From the sequence record LC727701.1: a DNA stretch of 64,000 nucleotides, one strand, 5' to 3'. Under the pieces are notes generated by a model. The model saw only the letters and a program-made list of their open reading frames with translations. It had not been told where the DNA came from and did not search any database. Shown here piece after piece: positions 19,353 to 28,258 of this stretch (positions are counted from its first letter, which is position 1; every line of letters starts with the position of its first letter). Made by a program: the position numbers and the translations under genes.

Positions 19353-19868
19353 TTATTTAGTTAACGGCTTGTTTAATTCATTTAACTGGTTATTGTTATT
19401 AACAGCTTCATTATGGGTAATATTTCTACATAATTCAATTATGTATTCTACCTCAGAATAAGCTAATTCAAAGAATTCAGTTAATGACATATTAGATAAG
19501 CTACCTACTTTATACTTGAAGAAATCTCTAGTCAGTCTCCTTCTCAACCCACCTTCGATAAAGTCCTCTTTAGGATTTACCTTATTTAACCACATGGGTC
19601 CGTTTTCTGGTGAACCGATATCGTAATCAAGTAGATATGCTTCTCTTGTTAAACGTGCTGCTGTAGACGGTCTTACTGCCCCTACTGTCGATAATAGTCT
19701 ATCTAAGTGTGTATCATCTTCAGTTAACTTATCATAACCAAAGTTTGGATGTAGGATGTGACCACTATCTTCCTTGAAAGTGGCCTCAAGACGACTATAT
19801 CTCAGATCATTAACTACACCATCCGGTTTGACTTCGAGGCCGCCAAAGTAAAAAAAGTTGACAGCATG
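19353..19868 (-). CDS. gp76-position frame: open for 171 codons with no start codon before 19595; probable -1 frameshift extension of gp77
   Basis: Open from a TGA at 19871-19869 to the stop at 19353 and overlaps the gp77 3' end across a T7 run; the first ATG/GTG/TTG is at 19595. Confidence 0.6.
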   Translation of the reverse strand, partial: HAVNFFYFGGLEVKPDGVVNDLRYSRLEATFKEDSGHILHPNFGYDKLTEDDTHLDRLLSTVGAVRPSTAARLTREAYLLDYDIGSPENGPMWLNKVNPKEDFIEGGLRRRLTRDFFKYKVGSLSNMSLTEFFELAYSEVEYIIELCRNITHNEAVNNNNQLNELNKPLTK

Positions 19869-21415
19869 TCAATAGGGATTAAGTGTGGGAAACGTTCTTT
19901 AAATTTAGTAGCAGCAGGTGACTCACATACTGGACAATTCCAACTTGTAATTGCAATCATTCCAATTAGTTGTGAATCAATGAAGTTACTCACCGCATTA
20001 ATAAAGCGGTCATTATATTCCGGTGTGGATAGAATATTAGTTAAGAACTTTTCAATAGTTTCACGATTAGTGGTTGCAGTACGAATATTGTCTTCAGAAC
20101 TTTCACCATCGTCATCTTCACGTACTTTAATTTCTTTAACAAAATGTGAGAACTGACGGGCAATAGAGATCTTTTGTAAACGTGCAATATACTGAGAACG
20201 TTGCGGACCATCGACTGGTTCATTAAAACTACCTTGAGTCATATCGATAATTGAGTTAATCCAACTATCACCAGACTCTCGGCGATCAGCAATTGTACAC
20301 ATCTCAAGAACAACACCAACGTCACCAAACATTTCAGTTACTTGAGTTTCAATACGGAATCCTTCTTTATAAGTCTTAAGATCAGATTCAGTACATGCAT
20401 TAAACTTACGTGCAATATATTTCTTTTGTTCTTCTGAGAATGCCAGTAGATCATATTGAACAAGCGTTGACATATTAAGTTTCGCTGTTTCAATATGGTT
20501 ACATGTATTGGCATCTGCAATGCATGGATAACTATAATTAAATCCATCTGGATACATAGTCGCCGCTAGTGCGTGATGCAAGAACGGCTCATCAGCTAAT
20601 GAGATAACATGCTCTAGATCAGTTGGGGTGTTGAACTTATAGTTGGATTGAATAACACATGCAAGTGCTAAACTACTAACCATGTTAAGTAACACAGCTG
20701 CCATGTTTGAGAACAGCATACCTTTTGATTCAGCGCCTAGCCGGATCTTTAATTGTGCTAGACGTGCTTGTAGGGCAGCTACTTCAGTACCAGTAGGTGC
20801 ACGTAGTTTTACCCAAATACCTGAATGAGGTAGGAAAGTATCATATGGCGTACCGATGTTAGCTTTACGTGTTAGGAAAACTAGAGTTTCATCATCGGTC
20901 ATTTTACGACCACTGGTATTAAATACAGGTCGTCCAGGTCGAATGATCTTTTCACCATAAGGAATTTCACTAGACCATTCAGAGCCTTCTCGGGCAGTTG
21001 CACCAATTGGCGAATCTTCAACAATAGAGTGAGCTAAGCCCTCCAGAATAGCAGCTGTCCACTTTACACCATCACTAGTGTCATCTACTTTATTATCAGC
21101 AAATGCTTTAAATAGTTCTTTATTGTGATCCAGGAAATCATAAACAGTCTGGGGGTTCTCACGTAGCAAAGTAAGAATGCTAGCACTGTCTTTAATAGCC
21201 GGTTCAGAAGCATCCCGAATATTTCCAGTTTTAGCATTACGTGGAATACGTAGTTTAATTTCTTTTTGATCAGGAACGAAAGGTGGAGTTTCCACCTCGT
21301 CATTATTTTCAATACTAGAGTCAGGATCGTGTTGCGCATTGATCTCATCAATTTGATCTAGTAGATTCTCTTCTGGAGTATCATCGTACTCATTATCGAA
21401 GTCAGCAGTAGCCAT
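19814..21415 (-). CDS. gp77, putative tail/baseplate-hub assembly chaperone (T4 gp26-like, inferred)
   Basis: 533 aa with acidic N-terminus and Cys pairs YPCIADANTCNH and WNCPVCES; the function is inference. Confidence 0.55.
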   Translation of the reverse strand: MATADFDNEYDDTPEENLLDQIDEINAQHDPDSSIENNDEVETPPFVPDQKEIKLRIPRNAKTGNIRDASEPAIKDSASILTLLRENPQTVYDFLDHNKELFKAFADNKVDDTSDGVKWTAAILEGLAHSIVEDSPIGATAREGSEWSSEIPYGEKIIRPGRPVFNTSGRKMTDDETLVFLTRKANIGTPYDTFLPHSGIWVKLRAPTGTEVAALQARLAQLKIRLGAESKGMLFSNMAAVLLNMVSSLALACVIQSNYKFNTPTDLEHVISLADEPFLHHALAATMYPDGFNYSYPCIADANTCNHIETAKLNMSTLVQYDLLAFSEEQKKYIARKFNACTESDLKTYKEGFRIETQVTEMFGDVGVVLEMCTIADRRESGDSWINSIIDMTQGSFNEPVDGPQRSQYIARLQKISIARQFSHFVKEIKVREDDDGESSEDNIRTATTNRETIEKFLTNILSTPEYNDRFINAVSNFIDSQLIGMIAITSWNCPVCESPAATKFKERFPHLIPIDMLSTFFTLAASKSNRMV

Positions 21416-21426
21416 TTAAAACTCCA

Positions 21427-21921
21427 TTATTGTTGAATTAGTTTTTCGTCCCAACCAGCTTCTCGAAGAGTGCCGATCATCGCTAGGATTACACCATCAA
21501 TACCGCGTTCAATAGCACCTTCAATACCAGTATATTTAGTAACAAGCTCACCGATGAGTTTTAGCTCATCTTCATTATTTGCCGGACCAACCTTACCTTG
21601 ATGTTGTGCATATAGGACACTGATAATTTTAGTTAGTCGATTAAGGTCAGCAATAACTGTTTGTAGGTTCTTTTGGAATCCAGTAGGATCAGATAACGTC
21701 GGAATAATTTCATTGATCTTATTAATAACTGGATTAATGAATACTTCAGTTTGTAGAATACGCTTACCTACAGAACCTGCTAGTACATTGACAACATCCC
21801 AACCATCGCGGTTAAGAATATGATCAGCTGCGGCAGCTGATGCTCCAACTGCACGTTCAAATAGACGTAGCGTCTTTTCCTGTTCTTTAGTTAGAGTTGG
21901 TTCTTTAGCTTTATTTGACAT
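21427..21921 (-). CDS. Helical hypothetical protein (gp78 position)
   Basis: 164-aa ORF with GGAG RBS, in an operon with gp77. Confidence 0.7.
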   Translation of the reverse strand: MSNKAKEPTLTKEQEKTLRLFERAVGASAAAADHILNRDGWDVVNVLAGSVGKRILQTEVFINPVINKINEIIPTLSDPTGFQKNLQTVIADLNRLTKIISVLYAQHQGKVGPANNEDELKLIGELVTKYTGIEGAIERGIDGVILAMIGTLREAGWDEKLIQQ

Positions 21922-22058
21922 CTTGTTATACTCCGATAGAGGCTTAATTTAATATTTGCCAATATAAATTGACAAATGAAAAAATGATTAGTTCAACATA
22001 TATTTAACACATTTGGTAATTTTACACTATATTAAAGAATAACTATCTGTCCAACCCT

Positions 22059-22949
22059 ATGTTAATAATTCCGTATAAAAAGGATATCGTCATGAAAGAT
22101 TTCATTGATAGTTATCTTACGCCTCTTATACATGAAGAGCGTAAAGAAGTTATCCTAGACTGCGTAGCATCTTTTGAAAAGATTAATTATGTTGCAGCTC
22201 TAGATGAACTAAATACAGTATGTCAGATTCAATCAGGTATCTCAGATAATGCAATGCTTCTTTCTCGCATTGATGATATCATTCGCATTGCACAAGATGA
22301 AATTCTAAATGAGCATCTTATTAAAATTAGTGATGAAGCAACTCAGGCTGAGCGGCAAGCTGTTGTTAATACACTCCTTAGTTTAGAAGATTACATTATT
22401 CCAGATGAAGTGAATGATATTCTGTTAGCTGAATATTCACCCGAAGAGACATTAGCGCATCTGGTAGAACTTATTGATACAAGTGTAGATTTCTTAAATA
22501 TCATTGACTTAATTGAAAGTGTATCGCCAACACTTATTAGTAATATTACATCATTTATTCAGTCAGTACTTACTATCCGTGGTCAAGCATATGGCAATGT
22601 AAGTAATGTTGAACGGATTAATTTAATTAATCGCCTTATTCGTATTCATACGCGCGCATCATTTAAGTTAGCTATGGAACTAGTTAATGCAGGATTACGT
22701 GTTGGTAAAAGGAATATTGATGACCTATTACAAATTTCATTTGGCCCATTAGATGCTATGACGCCTATTGAAGTTGCTAAAGAAATTGTCGGATTGGTAT
22801 TAATTTCAAATACTGAACAGAATGAAATTAGTAGAACGGTAATGGGTATTATAGATGATTTCACATCTAACAATATTGAACGATCTATTATGGAAAATGA
22901 AGCTAAAAAGATTTTAAATAGCATAGGTGATACTAATGAAATTACGTGA
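22059..22949 (+). CDS. Conserved hypothetical/virion protein (gp79 position)
   Basis: ~296-aa ORF overlapping the gp80 start. Confidence 0.7.
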   Translation: MLIIPYKKDIVMKDFIDSYLTPLIHEERKEVILDCVASFEKINYVAALDELNTVCQIQSGISDNAMLLSRIDDIIRIAQDEILNEHLIKISDEATQAERQAVVNTLLSLEDYIIPDEVNDILLAEYSPEETLAHLVELIDTSVDFLNIIDLIESVSPTLISNITSFIQSVLTIRGQAYGNVSNVERINLINRLIRIHTRASFKLAMELVNAGLRVGKRNIDDLLQISFGPLDAMTPIEVAKEIVGLVLISNTEQNEISRTVMGIIDDFTSNNIERSIMENEAKKILNSIGDTNEIT

Positions 22950-24285
22950 TTATTTTCTAATGGGTATCAATGCTGGATTAGATAAGAAACGAGCATGGGT
23001 TAACGTTTTATTTAATATCGTTTATAACCCAAATGATGGTGGTGAATATCTATACAAGCCATATTTCAAAGATGGTAAAATGTTCTTCTATAAAGAAGGC
23101 GATTCTAATGATGAAGTTGTTTATATCGACGATTATATTGAAGGTAAACAACCATTAGCATTTCGAGATGAATTCATTTTACAACCTGGTGAAATTGAAA
23201 ACTATAAAGGACCAGGTGCATTAAGAACAACTTATGGTAACGTTTTTGTTAACCATTTAGTATTATGTTTACCTTTCGGTGATCTGTTCCCATTCCAATC
23301 TGGTTATTTCGATATTGGTAAAGTTGAGAAAGAAATTCTTAACCGCATGATCGATGATCCAATTGATGATGATAATCCACCGCGTGCAACTGATGGTAAG
23401 TTATATGTATGGCAATATCGGATGTTTGCAGATCATTGTTTAGCATTGCCAGCATATGCTAGTACCTTGGTAACATCCATTACTGAGAAATCAATGACCT
23501 CTGCACCAGACAGAGATAAGTTACGCAAAGAACTAGAAGAGAAATATAAAGATCGGTTAGATGATCCGGCTGTTATTGCAGAGATGGGTAATGCATTAAT
23601 CAAGCTAGATGAGGACTATCTAAAAGACGATCCTTCTTATGAGTTCTATGACACTAAACATAGTAAATTATTTGGTGGCGTGCGTAAGAAAGTATTTGGT
23701 ATGTTTGGTGGGGAAGCGCCATTCCAAGATGGTACGTCAGTTGAATATATCGGTAAATCATTGGAAGAAGGCATTGACACTGACCATATGCCAGTAATGA
23801 ATAACTCATTACGTTATGGCTCATATAACCGTGGTGCACAAACAGCCCTTGGCGGTGAGTCAACTAAAACGATTTATCGAATGGTTGGTACAGTCAGGAT
23901 TATTATGGAAGACTGCAACACATGGATAGGTATTCCAACCAATGTTCATCAATTTAATAAGAAAGATTTCATTGGCTTGTCTTATGTTAAGAATGGGAAA
24001 TCTATCCTTATTGAAGAAACTAATATTGATGAACTAGTTGGCACTGAGATTGAACTACGTGGTCCAATGACATGTAAGGCCGGTGGTGATCCAGCTAATG
24101 GTGTAATAGGTAGAGGTAAGAACGTATGCGCTGTCTGTATGGGTAAACAAATGTCAGAGAACCCTAATGGCATACCGGCAGCGGCAGCAGGTGTTGGTGG
24201 TCGATTCCTATCCATCTTCATGTCTAAAATGCACAGTGCTGTTCTTAAGACTGTTAAATGGTCTTATCGCGATCGCATCAGTTAA
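22936..24285 (+). CDS. Virion RNA polymerase beta'-like subunit gp80
   Basis: SLRYGSYNRGAQTALGG (bridge helix-like), EDC, RGPMTC...VCAVCMG Zn site, FMSKMH (trigger loop-like); phiKZ gp80 position. Confidence 0.88.
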   Translation: MKLRDYFLMGINAGLDKKRAWVNVLFNIVYNPNDGGEYLYKPYFKDGKMFFYKEGDSNDEVVYIDDYIEGKQPLAFRDEFILQPGEIENYKGPGALRTTYGNVFVNHLVLCLPFGDLFPFQSGYFDIGKVEKEILNRMIDDPIDDDNPPRATDGKLYVWQYRMFADHCLALPAYASTLVTSITEKSMTSAPDRDKLRKELEEKYKDRLDDPAVIAEMGNALIKLDEDYLKDDPSYEFYDTKHSKLFGGVRKKVFGMFGGEAPFQDGTSVEYIGKSLEEGIDTDHMPVMNNSLRYGSYNRGAQTALGGESTKTIYRMVGTVRIIMEDCNTWIGIPTNVHQFNKKDFIGLSYVKNGKSILIEETNIDELVGTEIELRGPMTCKAGGDPANGVIGRGKNVCAVCMGKQMSENPNGIPAAAAGVGGRFLSIFMSKMHSAVLKTVKWSYRDRIS

Positions 24286-24347
24286 AATAGATGGAGAAGT
24301 TACTCAGCTTCTCCATTATTTAGATTATAACCCGAAAGGAACTAGTA

Positions 24348-25769
24348 ATGTCTAAAAAGAATCAACGATTTGGAAAGTTTCCTCAACTCAATCGTTTACC
24401 TGAAAAACCCATTGTCAAAGACGAAGTTTTATCAGAAGCAACTGAAGATAAGCCAACTTCTGAAATTGGTCGAGGATTAACAAATATTGAATTAGTATCT
24501 CCTGAGGAAGTATATGCTACAGCAGATGATATTAATTCTTCAGTTAATACAGATAACGATACCTCAGAATTAGCTGAAGTTAATGTAAATGCACTGCGTA
24601 CTGACTTCGATATTCCTGAAACATGGACAGATGAAAATGTCATTGAATGGTTTACCAATGATGGCATTGCTAAAGGTAAAACTGAACTCGGTAGCTTTGT
24701 ATTTGACCCAACCCGTAAATATCGTCCTTATGATGAATGGTCAGATGATGAACTAATCGATGCTGCTAACCATCGTCTAACTGGTGTAGTTAATGATATC
24801 GCAGATATTGCTGATGATATTTTAACTAAACGGGCTAAAGAGAATGAGACTACTGAGGAAGTAATTGTACCGGTAGTTAATGAAGATACTCTGAAACAAG
24901 ATATTCGCAATACTGAAGATAGTATCAAGCTTGAAGAATTAGTCAAGCAGCTACGTATTCACACTAGTGATATTCCACTAGATTGGTCTACCCAAGAAGT
25001 GGTTGATTTTGTTAAACAAGGTATTACTCCGCCAAAAACACTACGTGGTAGTTGGGTTAATAGTGTTATCCGTGATAATGCTCCACCTACCGATTGGACG
25101 ACAGCAGAGCTTGAAGACTGGGCTGAAGGACTTATTAAAAATAGTAATTTGATAAAAGATTTTAAAATTGCTATTGAGTTACGCGATCGTTTATTCTTAC
25201 CTACCACTAGTCAAGATATTGAAACTATTGTTGAACAATGGAAAGTATTCTCTGGTAAAGATGATATTAAACCAACCGGGGAAGTTAAAATCTTGAATAG
25301 TGAATCAACATCTAATGAACCTGTACTTCGTAAAGGTATGACCAAAATGAACCAAGTATTTATCGAATCTCGTCTAGAGCAGTTTGCCACTGGTGCTAAA
25401 CCTGGTGACTATATCACTATCGAACGTGGTGGAGATGCACAAAAGAAACTAGATGATGTATTCAACTACGTAATGACAATCGAAGATATTGAAGGCTTTA
25501 AATCAGGCATGGATATTATCTTTGATTTCGTTAAGAAAAATCGTAATACTCTATTTAGTGAATCTAACGCACTTCGCTTTGTTGCTACTCTACCTACTCA
25601 GAATAACCGTCAAGAAGCACACATTAATCTTCTTACTCTATTCTGCCTATTTACTAGTGATGTATCAGATGCGCTTTATCAGGTAGATATTAACTATCTT
25701 GCACGTTTCATCCCTGAAGGTAAACGGCAACTCGTTCTACACTTCTTCCGGCAGAAAGCTGGTATGTAA
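24348..25769 (+). CDS. Hypothetical protein gp81 with an internal tandem domain duplication
   Basis: DIP..W....V...G...KT..GS.V...R....W...EL occurs twice. Confidence 0.75.
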   Translation: MSKKNQRFGKFPQLNRLPEKPIVKDEVLSEATEDKPTSEIGRGLTNIELVSPEEVYATADDINSSVNTDNDTSELAEVNVNALRTDFDIPETWTDENVIEWFTNDGIAKGKTELGSFVFDPTRKYRPYDEWSDDELIDAANHRLTGVVNDIADIADDILTKRAKENETTEEVIVPVVNEDTLKQDIRNTEDSIKLEELVKQLRIHTSDIPLDWSTQEVVDFVKQGITPPKTLRGSWVNSVIRDNAPPTDWTTAELEDWAEGLIKNSNLIKDFKIAIELRDRLFLPTTSQDIETIVEQWKVFSGKDDIKPTGEVKILNSESTSNEPVLRKGMTKMNQVFIESRLEQFATGAKPGDYITIERGGDAQKKLDDVFNYVMTIEDIEGFKSGMDIIFDFVKKNRNTLFSESNALRFVATLPTQNNRQEAHINLLTLFCLFTSDVSDALYQVDINYLARFIPEGKRQLVLHFFRQKAGM

Positions 25770-25870
25770 ACATATCGCCTCCCCTAGGGGAGGCTTTATG
25801 CTGATTATTACTTTTACTAGGCACTAATATAGTACGTAGATAAATATCAATATGTGCTGAGGTTATAGCA

Positions 25871-27787
25871 ATGTCTAATGAACAACAGGTTACAAATAAG
25901 AAAAAGATTAAGGGCATTGAAGCCAAACATATTACTTATTGTACTGATCAATTTGGTAAGTTTACAGATGCGCATTTCGTTAAAGAACGAATTCATTTTG
26001 AAGATGGTACAACTGCAAATAATTTAAGGATGTGGGAAAACTACCAGCGTCCTTTTTGGATTACCTCAAAAGGAATGCGTAACCATAAAGAAAAGAAAGA
26101 TTACGAATATGAGCGTAACTTAGTTAAATACATGTCAACTCAAATTGACATGAAACGTAAGATTAGTAAAATCCTAGGTGACTATTCGGCTAGATCTCTT
26201 CGTCAACTAGCGCGTAGTCCTTACCTATATGGCAGTGATGTTAGTTCAACCTGTTATCTGAAGCATGATTATCAAGAACGTTATCCTGGTCTAATCTCTC
26301 TAAACACTGTTGCTGGCGGTGACATCGAAACCAACGTTTATGAAGCTGAGAACGATGGTCAGATTATCTGTATGTCAGTTACACATAAGAACAAAGCTTT
26401 CTTAGCCTATTTAAAACGATGGGTTAGTGATATTGAAGATCCAGTGAAAGAGACATTAGAACAAGCACAAAAAGAAGAGGTATTATCACATCTAATTAAA
26501 GAACGTGGTCTAGATATTGAAGTAATGGTTGTTGAAACACCAGTAGATATTATTATTGAATGTTTTAAACGACTACATACCTGGAAACCAGATTTCTTCG
26601 CATTCTGGAATATTAGCTTCGACATTGGTAGAATCTTAAAAACATTAGAACACTATGGTGTTAATCCAGCTGATGTTTTTTCTGATCCATCGGTACCTAA
26701 GAATTATAGGTATTTCCATTTTAAGATTGATGAACCTATGACCACCACTGCATCTGGGGTCACTAAATCTAAAGGACCGGAGGATCAATGGCATTGGATT
26801 ACAGCACCCTCTAGTTTTCAATGTATCGATTCTATGTCAACTTATCGAGTAACTCGATTAGCTAAAGGACGTGATCCTAACTATCGGTTAGAGTCTATTC
26901 TTAGAAAAGAACTAAACATCGATAAATCCACGACCATTAAAAATGATAAGGACTTAGAAGATTTTATTGAAGGTTTTAATAAACAACTAGTTGACCGACC
27001 AGGCGGCGTTATTACTAAATATATTAAAAATGTAGGTAGTAATGAATGGGTACCGGTGGATGATTTTATATTAAATGATAACTTTACCTATGGTGATTCT
27101 ATTAGATATGTAATGGAATTTGGTAAGTTAACCTTTAAAGAAACTGCACATCTTGGTGGTATCGATTGGCACCGTGAGATGCAGACTAAGCATAAAATCA
27201 AATATGGTCTTTATAACATCATCGACTCCATTCGACTAGAACAACTTGATGAACAAGTAAATGACCTTGGTCGCTCTATAAGTCTATTCTCTAAGGCATC
27301 TGACTATAAGAACTTTAGTTCTAACCCAAAACGACTATGTGACGATATGCACTTCTGGTATTTGAATAGACCAGAGCCATGTGTCATTGGTTCAAGTTCA
27401 GATCAGATGGTGCATGAACTTGATCAATATGTTATTGGCCATAATGATTGGATTGTTACACTACCATCATACATGGCAGGTCCAAATGGATTGCAGTGTG
27501 TTAAAGATTTACCGAATTATAAAACCTTAATCTTCTGTCATATCGCCGACCTTGACATCGTGTCGACATATCCTAACGTTAGTCAGATTCTAAATATTGC
27601 ACGTGAAACATGTGTGATGGAATTCTCAATGATGGAAGGAATTAGTGAACACCATCGCCGTGAAGTTGGCGTAAACTTAACAGGTGGTAGGGTTAATGCT
27701 ATTGAAATCACACAGAAGATCATGGGTGCTCCTAAAATGGACACCCTGCTAGAGAAGTTTATTAATACCTATAAGAACCCAAAGTAA
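25871..27787 (+). CDS. Split family B DNA polymerase, N-terminal part with 3'-5' exonuclease and motif A (gp82)
   Basis: Exo motifs GDIET, FWNISFD, IDSM, YNIID; motif A DLDIVSTYP at the C-terminus; motifs B and C absent, as known for the split phiKZ PolB (gp82 + gp50). Confidence 0.85.
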   Translation: MSNEQQVTNKKKIKGIEAKHITYCTDQFGKFTDAHFVKERIHFEDGTTANNLRMWENYQRPFWITSKGMRNHKEKKDYEYERNLVKYMSTQIDMKRKISKILGDYSARSLRQLARSPYLYGSDVSSTCYLKHDYQERYPGLISLNTVAGGDIETNVYEAENDGQIICMSVTHKNKAFLAYLKRWVSDIEDPVKETLEQAQKEEVLSHLIKERGLDIEVMVVETPVDIIIECFKRLHTWKPDFFAFWNISFDIGRILKTLEHYGVNPADVFSDPSVPKNYRYFHFKIDEPMTTTASGVTKSKGPEDQWHWITAPSSFQCIDSMSTYRVTRLAKGRDPNYRLESILRKELNIDKSTTIKNDKDLEDFIEGFNKQLVDRPGGVITKYIKNVGSNEWVPVDDFILNDNFTYGDSIRYVMEFGKLTFKETAHLGGIDWHREMQTKHKIKYGLYNIIDSIRLEQLDEQVNDLGRSISLFSKASDYKNFSSNPKRLCDDMHFWYLNRPEPCVIGSSSDQMVHELDQYVIGHNDWIVTLPSYMAGPNGLQCVKDLPNYKTLIFCHIADLDIVSTYPNVSQILNIARETCVMEFSMMEGISEHHRREVGVNLTGGRVNAIEITQKIMGAPKMDTLLEKFINTYKNPK

Positions 27788-28155
27788 TATATCAGTGGAA
27801 GCGCCGAGGAGGATATGAATGTTCATCTGTTGGTGACAAAAGATTCTCGGCTCTTTACGCAAGGCTTCCTGATGGCAGAACAATTGAGGAAGCTTGGCAG
27901 TTAGATTGTAAAGGATATCGCATATACTCCAACCATTGGAAAGCTGGTAAAGGAAAACCACCACTAGACGGGTATAATCCCAAATATGATGATTATAAAA
28001 ATCTGTGGAAAGTATGGGCGGTATCTAATAAACATCTAATGGATGAATTGCGTCAGAATGCAAAAGAACATGATAACTATCTTTCTGATGTTTTTGCTTC
28101 TACTGATATTTCACAGGCACGTGCTCTAGCAGAACTACTTAATGAAGGATATTAA
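27787..28155 (+). CDS. Hidden 122-codon ORF with an ATA start, putatively NADAR/YbiA-like
   Basis: IYQWKRRGGYECSSVGDKRFSALYARLPDGRTIEEAWQLDCKG...ISQARALAELLNEGY*; ATA overlaps the gp82 TAA; absent from the ORF track. Confidence 0.65.
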   Translation: MYQWKRRGGYECSSVGDKRFSALYARLPDGRTIEEAWQLDCKGYRIYSNHWKAGKGKPPLDGYNPKYDDYKNLWKVWAVSNKHLMDELRQNAKEHDNYLSDVFASTDISQARALAELLNEGY

Positions 28156-28228
28156 AAAATGGAAGGTATTCCTAATTAAATATTATCAATTGATCATTAC
28201 TGCTAACATAAACTTCGACACATCATAA

Positions 28229-28252
28229 AACCCTCCCATTACGGGAGGGTTT
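28229..28252. terminator. Bidirectional terminator
   Basis: AACCCTCCC-ATTAC-GGGAGGGTT between convergent genes. Confidence 0.7.
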
Positions 28253-28258
28253 ATTTCG

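Noticed and set aside
19758-20156. 132-aa plus-strand ORF and other long antisense ORFs (e.g. 48695-49174, 41332-41622, 60612-61022)
   Set aside because: Each lies opposite a well-supported gene; explained by codon bias.
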